DNA of 64,000 nucleotides from Schmidtea nova (Eukaryota), in contig CM097882.1 of the NCBI GenBank assembly GCA_044892505.1, positions 323,268,001 through 323,332,000 of the forward strand. The letters are read 5' to 3'. The notes beneath the pieces were generated by a model, which was not told where the DNA came from, did not search any database, and worked only from the letters and a program-made list of their open reading frames with translations. Both the position numbers and the translations under genes were made by a program. The first letter of the stretch is position 1; every line of letters begins with the position of its first letter. This document shows positions 12,773 to 25,591 of the stretch, piece by piece.

Positions 12773-14660
12773 TCAGTCAATAGAATGAGCTTCTTGGGTG
12801 TCGACGCATTTCTTCTTTAGGTGCCTTCTTTTTATCGGGCTAATTTGTTTTCGTTTCTGCGCTCTTCCGTGGGTTGGACTAGGCGTGTCTGACATTTCAA
12901 GCACTTGTACGGGCGGTGGGAACCACTTGTCTAGCGTTAATGGTCGTATTTAATTCGTCTACTCATTTTGGACGAAAGTTTGAGTCAGGTATCGTTGGCA
13001 ATTCATCAGGGCGTCTCTCTCTAATTGTAAATCAAGGATACTTTGCTTTGCTCTGCTTAATCGATTATTTACCACCTTCGTTTCGTGGGGTGAAAAACAG
13101 CTATTCTCTAACTGTAATACCCTCCGCTTTAAGTTTGCAATTAAATTTGGCTTTCACTGACAACCTCTTCTCGTTTCGATTCTTTTCGTCACACATTTGT
13201 CTCCGGATAGTGTCGAATTCTGTCCAGAATAAAATAACAATACATCCAACACTTCTATAATTTCTCCTCGGTTTGTTTTCACACTCTCACTATCTTCGGT
13301 TTCCCATTATCAGATGGTGTTATTGCTTTAAATTGAACAAAATTTCACGCCCCTCTATATTTCGCCGCTGTTTACAACCTATTACAACTTACGCCTACTC
13401 TGACTTTCCAGTTACGTCAAACTTAATATTCAACTATTTGATACATCTAATATTTACAATCTTTTATTCGAAACTATTCTAATTTCACCAGAGTTAAATA
13501 AAAATAATTATTATAACTGAAAATATTTAGAACAAAACTTTTGTACGATAATATATTACTAAACGACAATTTAAAAAATTTTAAAACACAAATTCGGATA
13601 TCAGTCTACATTATTACATTTCGATCATGCGAATCGGTATCGGTTCAATACTCCTCTGCCTCGGTGGGCTGAGGAAAGAGTCGGTGGTTTCATCGAAATA
13701 GATCGGCTGGAAGATTAACTTGCCCATCGCAATCAATTCTGACATAAACAACATTGTTATACTCCGGTACTTCGCTTGGCTATTCGATGAAGTACTTTGG
13801 GCAGGAAATCGGGTAGGTGATGTCCACATTTATGGAACATTTAGCATTTCTGTGCAAAAATTTTTTTCTGGGCTGTCCCGGTGAAGACTGGATCTCGGTT
13901 CCATTCCTTCTCGCATGAAAGTACTCAGATGCTCCTCGAATATTTCCTGAGCTAGCGATGTCGGAGTGTCCTTTAATGAATAAGTAATTGTGATAGCGGG
14001 ACTCTGTTGATTTGGCATCTTTGGTTGATTGATGAGTTCGTCCACTCCTAGTTCCAGCGCAAATCTTAGCCTCGAGATTGAACATTTCGGAATTTATCTG
14101 TATCGACAAATAAGTTGTTCATAAATAATTACAAATAATGCTCCTCTACCATTGGAATCTATGTGGGTCGGTATAGAAAAATATTTTTTAATGCTCTAAT
14201 ATTGTCGATGGGAATTTTATCAGATTTGTTTCGTCGGTAGAATTACCTTTATAAACGCTCTGCGCCTACCCTGACTATGTGGCCTAATCGTGATATGATG
14301 GATTGAATTTTCATCGCGTTTCTATCGCATTTCCGCTCTATTGTTCGATTTCCTTTATTTAGAAATATAATGATTTTACGGCGGCAATTCACAAAGAAAA
14401 AATTATTTTCCACGCTTTTACGTTCTCGATGTTTCTCGGCAGAGGTACTAATGTAACTGACAATAGGTTTCCGGCCGTTCAATAAGTGTTTTACGGTAGA
14501 ATAATCGGGCGAATTTTAGGTAAACATTGGGTTTTCGGCAATTTATAGTAGACAATAGATAATAAATTTTTCGAAGAACAATGGGGTTTCCTGTCGAAAT
14601 TTTATGAACAACGGGTAGAGATTTTCGTATGACCATAGGTTTCCGGTAGAGATTTTTCAA
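12773..14660 (-). mobile_element. Degenerate copy H of the coding-LTR family (ORF1 and ORF2 remnants; ends not resolved)
   Basis: ORF1 remnant 14045-13614 (SLAQEIFEEHLSTFMREG). ORF2 remnant ~13195-12773 (CFSPHET..LQLERDALMNCQRYLTQTFVQN..IRPLTLDKWFP..QKRKQISPIKRR). Repeated GAAACCYATTG motifs at 14460-14660. Confidence 0.8.
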
Positions 14661-14727
14661 TACATTTTGGATGGGTTGAAATCGTTTGGGAAATTATTAT
14701 GAGGAATAAAGTGAATTGGCACTTTTA

Positions 14728-14783
14728 GAGAAATTTAAATTTACTTTGTTTTATGAATAAAACAAAGTAAATTTAAATTTCTC
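14728..14783. repeat. Perfect 27-bp inverted repeat with 2-nt spacer
   Basis: GAGAAATTTAAATTTACTTTGTTTTAT-GA-ATAAAACAAAGTAAATTTAAATTTCTC. Confidence 0.97.
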
Positions 14784-15563
14784 GCTGATTTTACTTCTCG
14801 CTGATTTTAACTCCTTATGAATTTGAATAGTCTTTAAGATTTTACTTCCTATGGATTTTATACTCATTAAACCTCAATACAGAGTCCCTCCTGATTTTTA
14901 ATAAGACTACCACGCTAGGTTGTTTAGTTACTGTTTCACACTTTTACTCGAACGAGAACGAAATTCTTTCCTGGTGCACTCTTGCAATTTATCGAAAATG
15001 GTTCTACTTGTTAAATGAAAACAATCAAACGACTAATTTTTCTGATGACTTAAGCGACCCGAGTCACTGAAGGTTAGCGACCCGGAAGGCCGTCATAACC
15101 TTGATATTACTAATAGTTTAATAAAACCATAACTGAACGCAGAATATATGAAGGGTTAACCAATAATAAACAATAAAAAGGAATAAACAAATAATTACTT
15201 GATAATAACTTGTATTTTCTAACAATTACAAGGATTTTCTACTACAACGGTATCCCGAGTTATCACGTTTAGGAAAAACAAAAGTCGAGTCAAAGCTAAT
15301 AGTTTAGGTTAAGTTAACACATCGCAATAAGTTAGGTTAAAAACAAAAATATCGTCAAATCGTGAAAATTTATATTATTTTCTTAATTATTTTGTAAAAT
15401 TATTTATTTCTTTGTTTCTTTCTACGGGGATTTTCATCGGCAATCGTTATTTAATTTTTTTAATTTTTCTATTTTCTCTTCATTTTCATTACCTCATTTT
15501 CTTTTATATACTTTCTTTTTTTAATTTATTATTTTTCCTGTCGTTCTTTAATATTAAATATAT

Positions 15564-15635
15564 ATACACACTTGATAAAGGCTGTGCCGAAATATTGTGT
15601 TATTGTTTATAAAAAAAAAATTTTGATCTATAGTC
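15564..15635 (+). ncRNA. Second copy of the PLE pLTR/hammerhead (ribozyme 15564-15603), cut by an assembly gap
   Basis: Identical to the reverse complement of 9194-9265 except one C-to-T change in the stem II loop. Confidence 0.8.
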
Positions 15636-15771
15636 NNNNNNNNNNNNNNNNNNNNNNNNNNNNNNNNNNNNNNNNNNNNNNNNNNNNNNNNNNNNNNNNN
15701 NNNNNNNNNNNNNNNNNNNNNNNNNNNNNNNNNNNNNNNNNNNNNNNNNNNNNNNNNNNNNNNNNNNNNNN
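15636..15771. other. Assembly gap
   Basis: N run. Confidence 1.
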
Positions 15772-18439
15772 GGAATTTGTAAATGTATTCAAAGAAATTT
15801 ACCAATTTCCTGTCATTTCACATTACTATTTCGCCTGTATTTACAAGATGAATTCAATTCTTTTTAAAATCAAGTTTTACATTTGGATACTAATATCTCG
15901 CTATATTATGAAGAATTTGCATTTGACGAGATAAATGATAAAGAAATCTTCTTTTGTCTAAATGAAACTGTAAAATATTGTTAAAAAATCTTAAATTATA
16001 ATTACAGAAGCTAACAATTTACTATAATTTCTAATTTAATGACAAAATGATTCCATGATTTAGAAATATCTTTAAATTTCTCCTCTTAAAATATTTTTGT
16101 TTTGTAAAAAATTATCTTAATAAAGGGCTCGGTTTAACGTTTTACTCTTTTAATGGTATTACAAAATCTATTCCGTTTCTCGCTAGAGTTTATGGTACGT
16201 TAAACAACACTGTCTCCACTGTCAGTATTAGTTATGCGTGGTACGATAAAAGCGTACTGTATTCCTGACAATTACGATGAGACCAAGAGATGGAGTTCGG
16301 AGCTGAAAATAGAACAGACAAGCATTGTTCAGACTTGCCAACCGCGATCCACAAGACTTTCAGCTCTTTTAATTCAATTGTAGATTTGAACTGTTACTTC
16401 TTCGTCTATGCTGCCACAGAGCATGTGAGTTTCCTATAAAACCAAAGTCGAATCTGATCACTAAACATTTAGTATTATATTTGCCAATATCAATACTTTG
16501 CCACATTTTTATTAATAATTTGATGTGAGAAAACAATCATAAACAATGATTTGATACATTATCAAGTTTTAATCATTTTTTATTAAATATTTAATATTCA
16601 TATATAATTATAATAATATATATTTATTATTCATAAATTAACATAATTAAATTAAAGAAAAACATTATTAATTTAGAAATTGATACTACTAAATACAAAG
16701 GTCACACTAATAGATGAAAAGCCCTATATACACTCAGTGTCAGTTATTACGTTCCACAGTAACATTAATTAAGGCCTGATGCGAAAGAATTAAAGTTTTA
16801 AGAAGATACAATAAAATTAATGTTGTCATATTCTAATTCGCATGTAAACTACATAAAATAGATAAATTCTCGGTTGAAAAATTCATGCACTAATGGATCT
16901 TAACACTATGTTCACCGTGTTTTTTTGTAGTATCTGATGCCTGTGACGATTTCTTCCACAAGTGAATAAGAAAGAATTCGCGTAATTAAATATAAAAAAC
17001 TTTTTTATCACATAATGCATTTATTTGAAAATATACAGTGAATTACGTTTAGTTTTCAGAAGACGTCATATGACGTACCCAATCAACAACCTACTGGTCA
17101 GGGCTTCCAATCCCGGTCATATTTTTCGATCCCGGTATTCTGGGATTACATTTTAAATCCCTGGATTGACTTCTACTGAAAAATTTAATATTAAGTAAAA
17201 ACTAATAATTATGTTTTTTAATTAATTCATAGTAAGTTATTATAGTGAGTAATTCATATATTATAAATATTAATTAAACATTAATTAAGTTGTTGTTGAA
17301 ACTGGCATCCGAAGAAACAGAGCTCGCATTCAATCTTTCAAGTAAATCTACAGTTAATTTAAAATATAGGATATGAAAGCATAAATAGTATTCATACGAA
17401 CCACTTTTCAAAAGTCGGTCGAGTTAGGGAGAAACGATGAAAAGAGGCATCTCAAAGGAGAGTACACAATTTGAGTGTAGGTCAAATTTACATACGAGGG
17501 ACCGTACGAGAATTGAATGGGGAAAATTATTGATAATAAAAAGCATGATCAAAGAATAAAACTATCAAAATAAAGATAATAATTTATTAAAAATTATAGA
17601 AAGAATTCCCATTAAAATATCGTAAAAATAACAGAAACAGGAATGAAAATAGAATTGAAATTAAATCTTATTGTTTTAATCAATCAATTAACGCGCTTAA
17701 AATATGGATACAAGCATTATTTAATAGAATTAAAATTAAATATTTAGAAATAAATAAAATAAATTATAAAATTAAATGTAAGGAAAATAAATAAATAAAT
17801 CAGTTAGAAAAATAAATAAGTTAAATATAAAAATAAATATATGAATTAAATTTTAAACAGTCTTTTTTTAATAAACAATGCATAGTAATCACACAAAAAA
17901 TAATATAAATAGACGCTGAAAAACCATAATTTTAACACGCGCTTGAGTAATTTTGAACACAGTAACACGTTGGTTCACGATTTACAATTCTACCAGCCAG
18001 CACCGGTCAGTAATATTTTCTATTCGATTGTGTGATACATCAGTAATAAGTATGTTCTTATTTTATGTATTCTTTTAAAGTTTGTTATAATTATTATGCT
18101 TTATTTGTAACTGAATTTTTGTAAATTGTAATCAATAATAAATATTTTATTTTAACTATAAATTTGTTTTGTTTTGCCTTGTTCGATTGATTTGTCCCGA
18201 TTAAATTGATTTTAATAGAGGCTCGGTTGGCTCACCAGTCACGAGGCTCCGATGGTTAAGAACTGTTTGGGCTGAATAATAGATTCCTGCGGACCATTGT
18301 ATCATTAAACTATATCGGACGGCGAGGGGAAAAGTACAATTTCGAAGTGTTGTTAAGATAGTTTTAGGATAAAAAGGTATAGATTTTGATTGTAATCAAA
18401 TAGCGTGGGAATATAGGAAATTGAGAGTTGATAAATTCC

Positions 18440-18659
18440 AAGGACCTTAGGAAAGAGAGAGTAGCTAGACGCGAAAGACCTATCGACAGCAAGGAGTAGT
18501 TTCGACAGCGAAGCTCATCTGCTCACTGGATTCTCGCCTCCATGTACATTACCAACATAGCTTACCAAGGAGTAACTGGGTACATGGGTGAAGTAGATCA
18601 CATTTATGTTGCGGTATGGGTTGTATCCATTCCTAAAGCCAATAGTAAATTTTTTAACA
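18440..18659 (+). mobile_element. 3-prime structured module (D) of the coding-LTR family, ending TTAACA at a gap
   Basis: GACCTATCG (18477), GAGTAG..GCTC, CATGTAC-ATTACCAAC-...-GTACATG, TTTATGT. Confidence 0.7.
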
Positions 18660-18794
18660 NNNNNNNNNNNNNNNNNNNNNNNNNNNNNNNNNNNNNNNNN
18701 NNNNNNNNNNNNNNNNNNNNNNNNNNNNNNNNNNNNNNNNNNNNNNNNNNNNNNNNNNNNNNNNNNNNNNNNNNNNNNNNNNNNNNNNNNNNNN
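18660..18794. other. Assembly gap
   Basis: N run. Confidence 1.
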
Positions 18795-19181
18795 ATTTTC
18801 ACTGTTGAATGATAAGAAGATTTTTACTCCTACAAATGACATGACAGTAATTATGAACAATTCATTATTAATGAAGTTAGCAACTGAAGAATGGTAACAT
18901 ATGAATCATTGAAATCTATGGGGGAGAATACGATTCCCTACCCAGTTGAGTTTTTGTATACCCTTAACTTAAATTACTCGAGATTTTGTTTCAAACAAGG
19001 AGCTTCAATAGTATTGCTAGGCAATATTAAACCTCAAAAACGGTAAACTCTTTATATTTTATATTACAACTATTAATATTATACTAATTATAAATAATGT
19101 GAAAAATGAAACTTAGTAATTTATTAAAACATTAATTTATTTGAAAATTATAACCGTAGCGATCCACGGGTATATAACTAA
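18795..19181 (+). mobile_element. Helitron fragment: PIF1-type helicase remnant and 3-prime end
   Basis: TPTNDMTVIMN...YPVEFLYTLN...FKQGASIVLLGNIKP, then the terminal CCGTAGCGATCCACGGGTATATAACTAA (hairpin plus CTAR). Confidence 0.75.
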
Positions 19182-19237
19182 TATATATATTTCTATTTCT
19201 ATTATTTAATATAAAATAAATATTCCAAATTATTAAG

Positions 19238-19427
19238 GTGCCTGATCATTTTTCATTGTTACACAAGGTTATTACTGAAAAGCCACGCAATTGGTTTGCC
19301 TTATGGAGCCATTGTGAAGATGCCCAGCTGAAATTATTTAGAAAATATTTCATAAAGCCAAATTTTTTGCCTTCATATGCACAGATGACTGATCCAAGCT
19401 GGATTGTTCTTTCACAAAATTATCAAG
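19238..19427 (+). CDS. Exon 2 of the C6orf89/BRAP-like cupin-family gene
   Basis: ttattaAG|GTG acceptor in phase 0. VPDHFSLLHKVITEKPRNWFALWSHCEDAQLKLFRKYFIKPNFLPSYAQMTDPSWIVLSQNYQ matches the WFxxWxNC..FRxxYxxPxFLP..W motif of this invertebrate family. Donor CAAG|GTTAAT. Confidence 0.75.
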
Positions 19428-20731
19428 GTTAATAATATTTTATATTTAGTTTGTAGGGTTTTAAAGTAAACAAAAGTCAAAATTAATGAAAAATAATAAA
19501 ATTAGTTTTTGAGGACATTTAAATATTTCTCTAGTTACTCATATTTAAAGCAGTCATGTCCAACCATTTCTAATGATAAGTGAATTTAAAATTAAAATTG
19601 TGAGAATTCTTTGAAGACTTAGTAATTTGAAATTATGCATTTTTTACATGTAAATTAACTTAATATCCTATTGAAGCTTAATTAAATAAACCTTATGTTC
19701 AATTTAATTAAAAGTTTATTTAAAGCCGTATTATTTTTCAAATTTAGTTATCATTAGGCAAAAATTAAATCAAGAAGTTAGATTTAATTAAAATAAGTTT
19801 TTATTATCGAAAGCCAGTTTAAAAAAGAAATACTTGGTTAAATTGGATAAATTATGTATCATTCAATAGAGTAAAGTTGATTTTCAAATGTTATGTTGTT
19901 GATTAAAAATTTCGAAAACAGAAGCTCTATCATTTTAAATAATTTTCTCAATGATTAGTTGGTGTATAATTAATGTTTCAAAATTCCATGGATTCAAATC
20001 CTACTTTCATTATTAATAATTGTCCTCAACAAACTACCAATTAGTTCGATTATTTTAGCAACAAAATTAGATGCTAAGATAATTCCCAATACGAAGTGCG
20101 TCCAGATCCATGTCATTTATATAAGAATTATATTATGAAGCGTATGTTGAGAGGAATTGTTGAACCCAGAAGTCTTCTTTAAAGCTTGTAGCGGACTACT
20201 GGTATGATTGATATGTTATTGTGTGCTTGCATGTTTACTTATGTATATAAATATAGTTATTATAATAAATAAATTAAACAAACAACTTTTTAAGAGAAAA
20301 TTATTAATTAAAATTATTAATTTCTCTTTAATTTATTTTTAATTTATATTAAAGATTTGTAATCTCTAGAAAAAAATTAATGTAGAGATTATGTTTTCTT
20401 TTGCAGGTGGGAGGGAGGAATAAACAAAAAATAATAAAACAGAATAAAATACATGGAAATTAAAGAACCATCATCGGTTTTCCTAAGTCATGTTGCATCT
20501 CCATTGACATTACCATGTTTCACTAATGTCACACCTAACATTATACTACTTGCATCACACAATTTTATTCCACACTAGCTGTTATTCACTATCAGAAATT
20601 CCGCAACTAAATCGCCAACCTTAACAAAGATCGTCCAGTTTTACAATATCCGCAGTTATTCTGAAGAACCTCCAAGGTACACCAGTTGATGATATCCGAT
20701 GATCTTCTCACATGGTGAACAACTTTCAATA

Positions 20732-21950
20732 TGTTAGTGTTGGGTAATCGGGTTCTTGTTTTTCGGCTTGGCACTATAGTTATGGTAACCACGGCGCCCT
20801 TCATGAATGGTTATTCCCCTCACTTCATTGATGTAGTCATAATTATTCTCCAGTAACTATGCTGATGATGTACCCGGCGGAACGTAAATCAATGAACAGG
20901 TGAGCTTTTTCTATCAAAACAATTCCTCACTGTATCCTCCTTTCATTTTCCCGGTTGGCGATAGAAGGCCTTACGCCACACTTTTGATCTTATCCAACAC
21001 TTCTCCATTCACCTCGGTTGTGTGATTTAAGCATGTGTCTACTATGATTATCGGTAACCGAACTTTACAACGATACGAAGAGTATCAATCATATTAATTC
21101 ATTTATTACATACTAAATACTACATTTAGGAATGCACTAAGGACACAATACATAAGTCATTTATGAAGTCCTTTTATGATAAGACCAGTTATTGATCCAG
21201 CACTTCACTTTGAAGTTGGAACACTTAAGTTTCTCGTCACTGAAATATTTTTCTCTCAATGAAAACACCTGCTCTTCTAATTACACATATGCTCATGTAA
21301 TTTTTGTAGTATCTATTGTGTTACAAATGTGTTATAAATTCGTTTATTCTTTGGTCAATATTTATTCGGATCGGATCATCAAATGTTTCTTTTAAGAAGC
21401 TCATCAGATTCAGATATTTCCACGTGGAACAAGTCACATCAATTTGTAGAATATTACGCGGGTCAAATTTATCTACCCCCGAAAAGAGATTTTCCGATAA
21501 TCTCGGCTGGATCCTTCATTAGCATTTATGTCATCTTAGTAATTCCCCTTCTCTCGTACCGTCATCGCCGAGTTCTTGAATTTTATCAAATTGATTTGTT
21601 ACTATTTGACTAGAAAAATTACCTTAAAGATTCGAACCAAAACTCCATCCGAATGTGAACCTCTCGACAGTCCAAGAGGCCACCAGATCTTCACTTTTCG
21701 TTAGATAGGACTAGACAAAACAAAATCATAAATAAAATAAAAATTCAAACAAAAACTTACGTGCATTTTGTTTTTCCTCTAAATCAATTACAATCAGCAA
21801 AATTTTCAACAAATTGTGTCACTCTCAAATCACGATAAAAGGCTTGTTGACGTATTATTTGAAATGGATTTGACTAGTTCTCAGTTCTAGTCGTTTCGTA
21901 ATGAATCTTCCTCAGTCTCTACTATAATTCTTGATAAAAGGTTGTTATGA
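20732..21950 (-). mobile_element. Degenerate copy K of the coding-LTR family
   Basis: Terminus CCCAACACTAACA at 20732; structured module 20830-20990; ORF2-like KYFSDEKLK near 21240; GTAAGT donor near 21760. Confidence 0.7.
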
Positions 21951-22628
21951 TAAAGTTGGTTAACGCGGTAAAAGATGTTACTTTACTTCCAAAAGTTGAT
22001 ACTCTACTGGATTTAAATTTTAACTATTGTTTAATAAAGTATCTGATCACTTTTTACTTTAAAGAATGATTTGTATATTGTTACAAGTTTATCTAACACA
22101 AAATTGTTCACAGATTTTTAATATTATTGAGCTATACAATGATAATTTCATTAAATCCCAACTGAATTCTTAAATTCTTATATCAGTACATCAAGTTTGG
22201 TAAATATTTAGGATTATTAAAGGAAAAATATTTAGAAAATGGACAAATTAATGAAGGTAAATTGAAAATACTTAAACTGCATCAACAAATGTTCATTTAT
22301 AGTAATATTGTTTAACCTATAATTATTGATGATTTCAGTGTTCCCCTATTAAAATATAAATGAATAGGATGAAGTAGTACAAATACAAATTGAAAATCCA
22401 ATTTATTTGCGAGTTTCAATAACATGTATAAACAATTATGAAAATTATTATACGTGATGATTCAGGACAATTAATAAACTTTTCCAAATATTCAAAAACT
22501 TATCTGATATTGCATTTTCGAAAGATCTAATCCTGATATTATTTCGCTCTAAAGAGGTAATCAAACTAGTGGTAATCTGCCATATTTTGTTGGTGAACAA
22601 TCAATAGGTACCCATAGCTAGGTACAAT

Positions 22629-23090
22629 AGCTACCCAGCCACGCGATCCCAATGAGTTGGAATCACCAAACTGCAGAGTCAGAATTGGGATTCAAACCGT
22701 TTCATTTAAATATTCTGATGAGAAATTAAGATTGTTAAGCCAGGTTGGTTAAGTACAATTGGAAGATTGGCTCTTCCTATTCTTAAACGACATGGTTCTT
22801 TTGGAGTATAAACCGCCAAAAATGCAATAATGAATAATCAAAAAATATTTCCAATTTTGAAAAGATGTGTTGGTGACTTTGTTTTGGAGTAATCTTTTCT
22901 CTCTTGATTGTAAGTGATATGACTGATTCGCCTTCATGAAAGAAATATGTCTCCTCACTCAACAGAAGTGTTGGTAATGTTGTAATGTGATCACCAACGA
23001 GAAGAGGAGCTTCGTTAGCAGAAATAATCCTCGTTGCGCGCTTTTTACGGATTCGTCTCGGTCGATAGAAGACCTTTGTGTTTACCTTAT
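22629..23090 (-). mobile_element. 3-prime part of copy F of the coding-LTR family
   Basis: TCTTCTATCG (23063-23073), ACGAG/CTCGT stem with GAAGCTC, and CATTACCAAC. Its terminal ~110 bp is duplicated at 23767-23878. Confidence 0.6.
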
Positions 23091-23762
23091 CCGGCTATTG
23101 TGTAAAGCTTATACGCCTCAACTTTCCCCTATCTCAAATATAATATTCACAGTACTCATCTGAGTTGCTCGTCTTATTACGGCATATAATATTATTACTA
23201 GATACACGTTAACACACCGAATTATATTCAAGGCTGTCACAGAAATAACATCTCTGAAATTTATAAGAAATAAAAGATGTTATTTTAAATTGTGCACCAG
23301 AAATTACTCCTCATAAAGTTTATCAAGTTACTGGAATTAACATTAAATACTTGATTTTCCGTCATAAATGTATGCTCTGTGGACTTGAAAAGCTAACCAC
23401 TTCACTGAGTGTTCATATAGATGTCAGTATTGCACCGATACAAAAGAAAACAGGCTATAAATATTTTTATCAATAAACTAAACCTGCATAAAAAAGTATT
23501 ATAAATTAACTTGTTAATTGTTTGTAAATAACTTATTCAAAGATATTACCTGTTGAGTATAATGAACTAATATTGTAAACTTGATAAATCGGGATGTTTT
23601 GACAGTGACTGAGAGAGCTAAAGTAACAATAATTGTCTTTGATTCCGCTGAGAGTATTGCTTCCCAAAAACAGTGTTCTCATTATTATTTATTCATTCTT
23701 TCTCATATGCATTTCACATGTAAAATAGTTCACCATAATTAAAATGAATTGTTTTGAATCTT

Positions 23763-23878
23763 TGTAGGCTACCCAGCCACGCGATCCCGATGAGTTGGAA
23801 TCACCAAACTGCAGAGTCGGAATTGGGATTCAAACCGTTTCATTTAAATATTCTGATGAGAAATTAAGATTGTTAAGG
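23763..23878 (-). repeat. ~115-bp near-identical duplicate of 22629-22740, bearing a ...GCCTACA terminus
   Basis: GCTACCCAGCCACGCGATCCC...ATTCTGATGAGAAATTAAGATTGTTAAG is present twice, with 2 differences seen. Confidence 0.9.
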
Positions 23879-24249
23879 GTAATTAGATGACCTTGAGATC
23901 TCCTTTTTAGGGATGATAAATTATTCCATAAATATGATAATCCAATAAGTGTTCGCACTGACAGGAGTCGAATTTCCTCAGTGAAAGTAAATCGGATATG
24001 GAAAATGAACTAATATTGGTAAATAACAATAAGATCTACGAAAGATAAAAAACAAGCTACAGCTACTGAAATCGTTACAAAATTCCGTTACTTTAGGAAA
24101 GTGAGAATGTAACATTATACATACAATATCTGATCCACTCAGTTCATGAAAACGGTTGAGGTTGACGAAGGCGTAACAAATTGAAATATTGGTCTTGTTA
24201 AATGACACAATGTCTGAAGAAATTATTTCGTAGAATTCGTTGCATATAT

Positions 24250-24650
24250 TGATGAGAGATGCATTAATGGTTGGAATTTTCGCAGAATAGAAGTTCCATT
24301 TAGGGACTAAAATTGATACATTTGTTTCAGCAAATTGTTACATATGATCGAGGAGAAATATAGTGGGATTTTTCAGCTGTTGGTTGTATTAATAGACAAG
24401 TGATTTAGAAGAGAAAATGTAACGAATAGAGGACAGAATTAATAGGGCAAATGTTGCATTCCCAATGAGAACGATGAGTAAGGAATTTAATTGCCATCAA
24501 GAGAAATTAGCTGCTGACAAGAATCGACCGGAATTATGGACAGAAGAAATCCATTAGTTCCCATTATATCATCAAAAGGTTCTCACCGAGTATAAGCCAA
24601 CGGGCAAAATATGTAAGAAATTGCGACATGAACGAGAAAGGTACCTGTCC
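24250..24650 (+). pseudogene. Possible RTE/LINE C-terminal remnant
   Basis: RINRANVAF and VLTEYKPTGK-like fragments; heavily degraded. Confidence 0.3.
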
Positions 24651-24968
24651 TAGATGTTAGATTACGACATTAAGAGGAGACTACCCTATATAATCGGCTA
24701 TACCCGCATATAAGCTGAACCTCTCCAAATTTGGTTGAAAAAAATGCCCAAAATAGATGACCCGCGTATTAGCCGACCTATTAAAAAATGAAATTTTGGG
24801 TAATATATCATTTATTTCAAATTATGCAATTCACTAAGAACCATAACAATTTAACATGACAAAAATTATTTTTCAGAAGAAAATAGCAAAATGTAATAAT
24901 TATTTTAATTAAAAGCAGGTTCGCGTATAAGCCTTCTAAGTTTCCAAGGTAATTGATACTCATTAAAT

Positions 24969-25171
24969 CATCAATTCCCAACCTTAGTGTCGAAACCCCA
25001 ACGGGGGTCGCGTGACAGTTTGCTAGGGGTCGCCAAAACATAATTATCATAATATTTGGCTGCAAAAATGCTGTAACTGAAGTGCAACCATATTGATTTT
25101 ATTGTTTGGGTCGCCACAAATTGGCAAACGTTATCACGGGGTCACAGCACCAGAAAGGTTAGCAACCGCTG
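24969..25171. mobile_element. hAT (Charlie-type) MITE
   Basis: Exact 8-bp TSD CATTAAAT on both sides. Ends CA..ATTCCCAACC / GGTTAGCAACCGCTG, with internal GGGGTCGC repeats. Confidence 0.85.
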
Positions 25172-25449
25172 CATTAAATAGAGAAACAGATTGTAGTCAG
25201 TTTAAAATCAGTAATCTCCACTAAATGGGACTGATGTTTGCGCTCTTCGATAAAATATAACATAAAGTAGCATGAAAATGATTTTAATATGTGGATTCCT
25301 GCATAATCATGGTGACAATTTAAAACAGATGCTTCGAAAATCAAAATTACATTCTAAATTTGATTCAACTGAATTGATTTATAATAAAACATCCACGCAG
25401 TATAAAAATTAAATATTTCTATTTAGTGAACAACTATATCCTATTAGAT

Positions 25450-25591
25450 CAGCGGTCGGGAACCTTTTTTAAGTAAAGAGTCAAATCAACAAAAAATTTA
25501 AAAAAATGAAATTTAAGAGCCGCAGTCAGACATATTCGAGCTATATTGAAGCTATATATTGAAGCTAAGAGCCGCCGGTTCCCGACCGATG
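25450..25591. mobile_element. hAT MITE
   Basis: 15-bp TIRs CAGCGGTCGGGAACC / GGTTCCCGACCGATG (1 mismatch) and exact 8-bp TSD TATTAGAT. Confidence 0.92.

Noticed and set aside
15050-15159. Isolated piggyBac-like end (GAAGGG|TTAA); similar TTAACCC starts at ~61650-61990
   Set aside because: No matching partner end could be paired with confidence.
15554-18860. ORFs containing X runs (also 36517-36826 and 60706-61044)
   Set aside because: Artefacts of translating across N gaps.
22714-22740. CTGATGAGAAA in the 115-bp duplicated segment (also ~23853 and CTGATGAG ~29716)
   Set aside because: No stem II or flanking helices, and the first two are antisense to the host element.
23268-23476. Candidate exon 3 of the cupin gene (phase-1 acceptor, VYQVTG..KCMLC)
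   Set aside because: Only weakly matches the expected QxxG..CxxxC..W pattern and lies within probable antisense copy F; not supportable.
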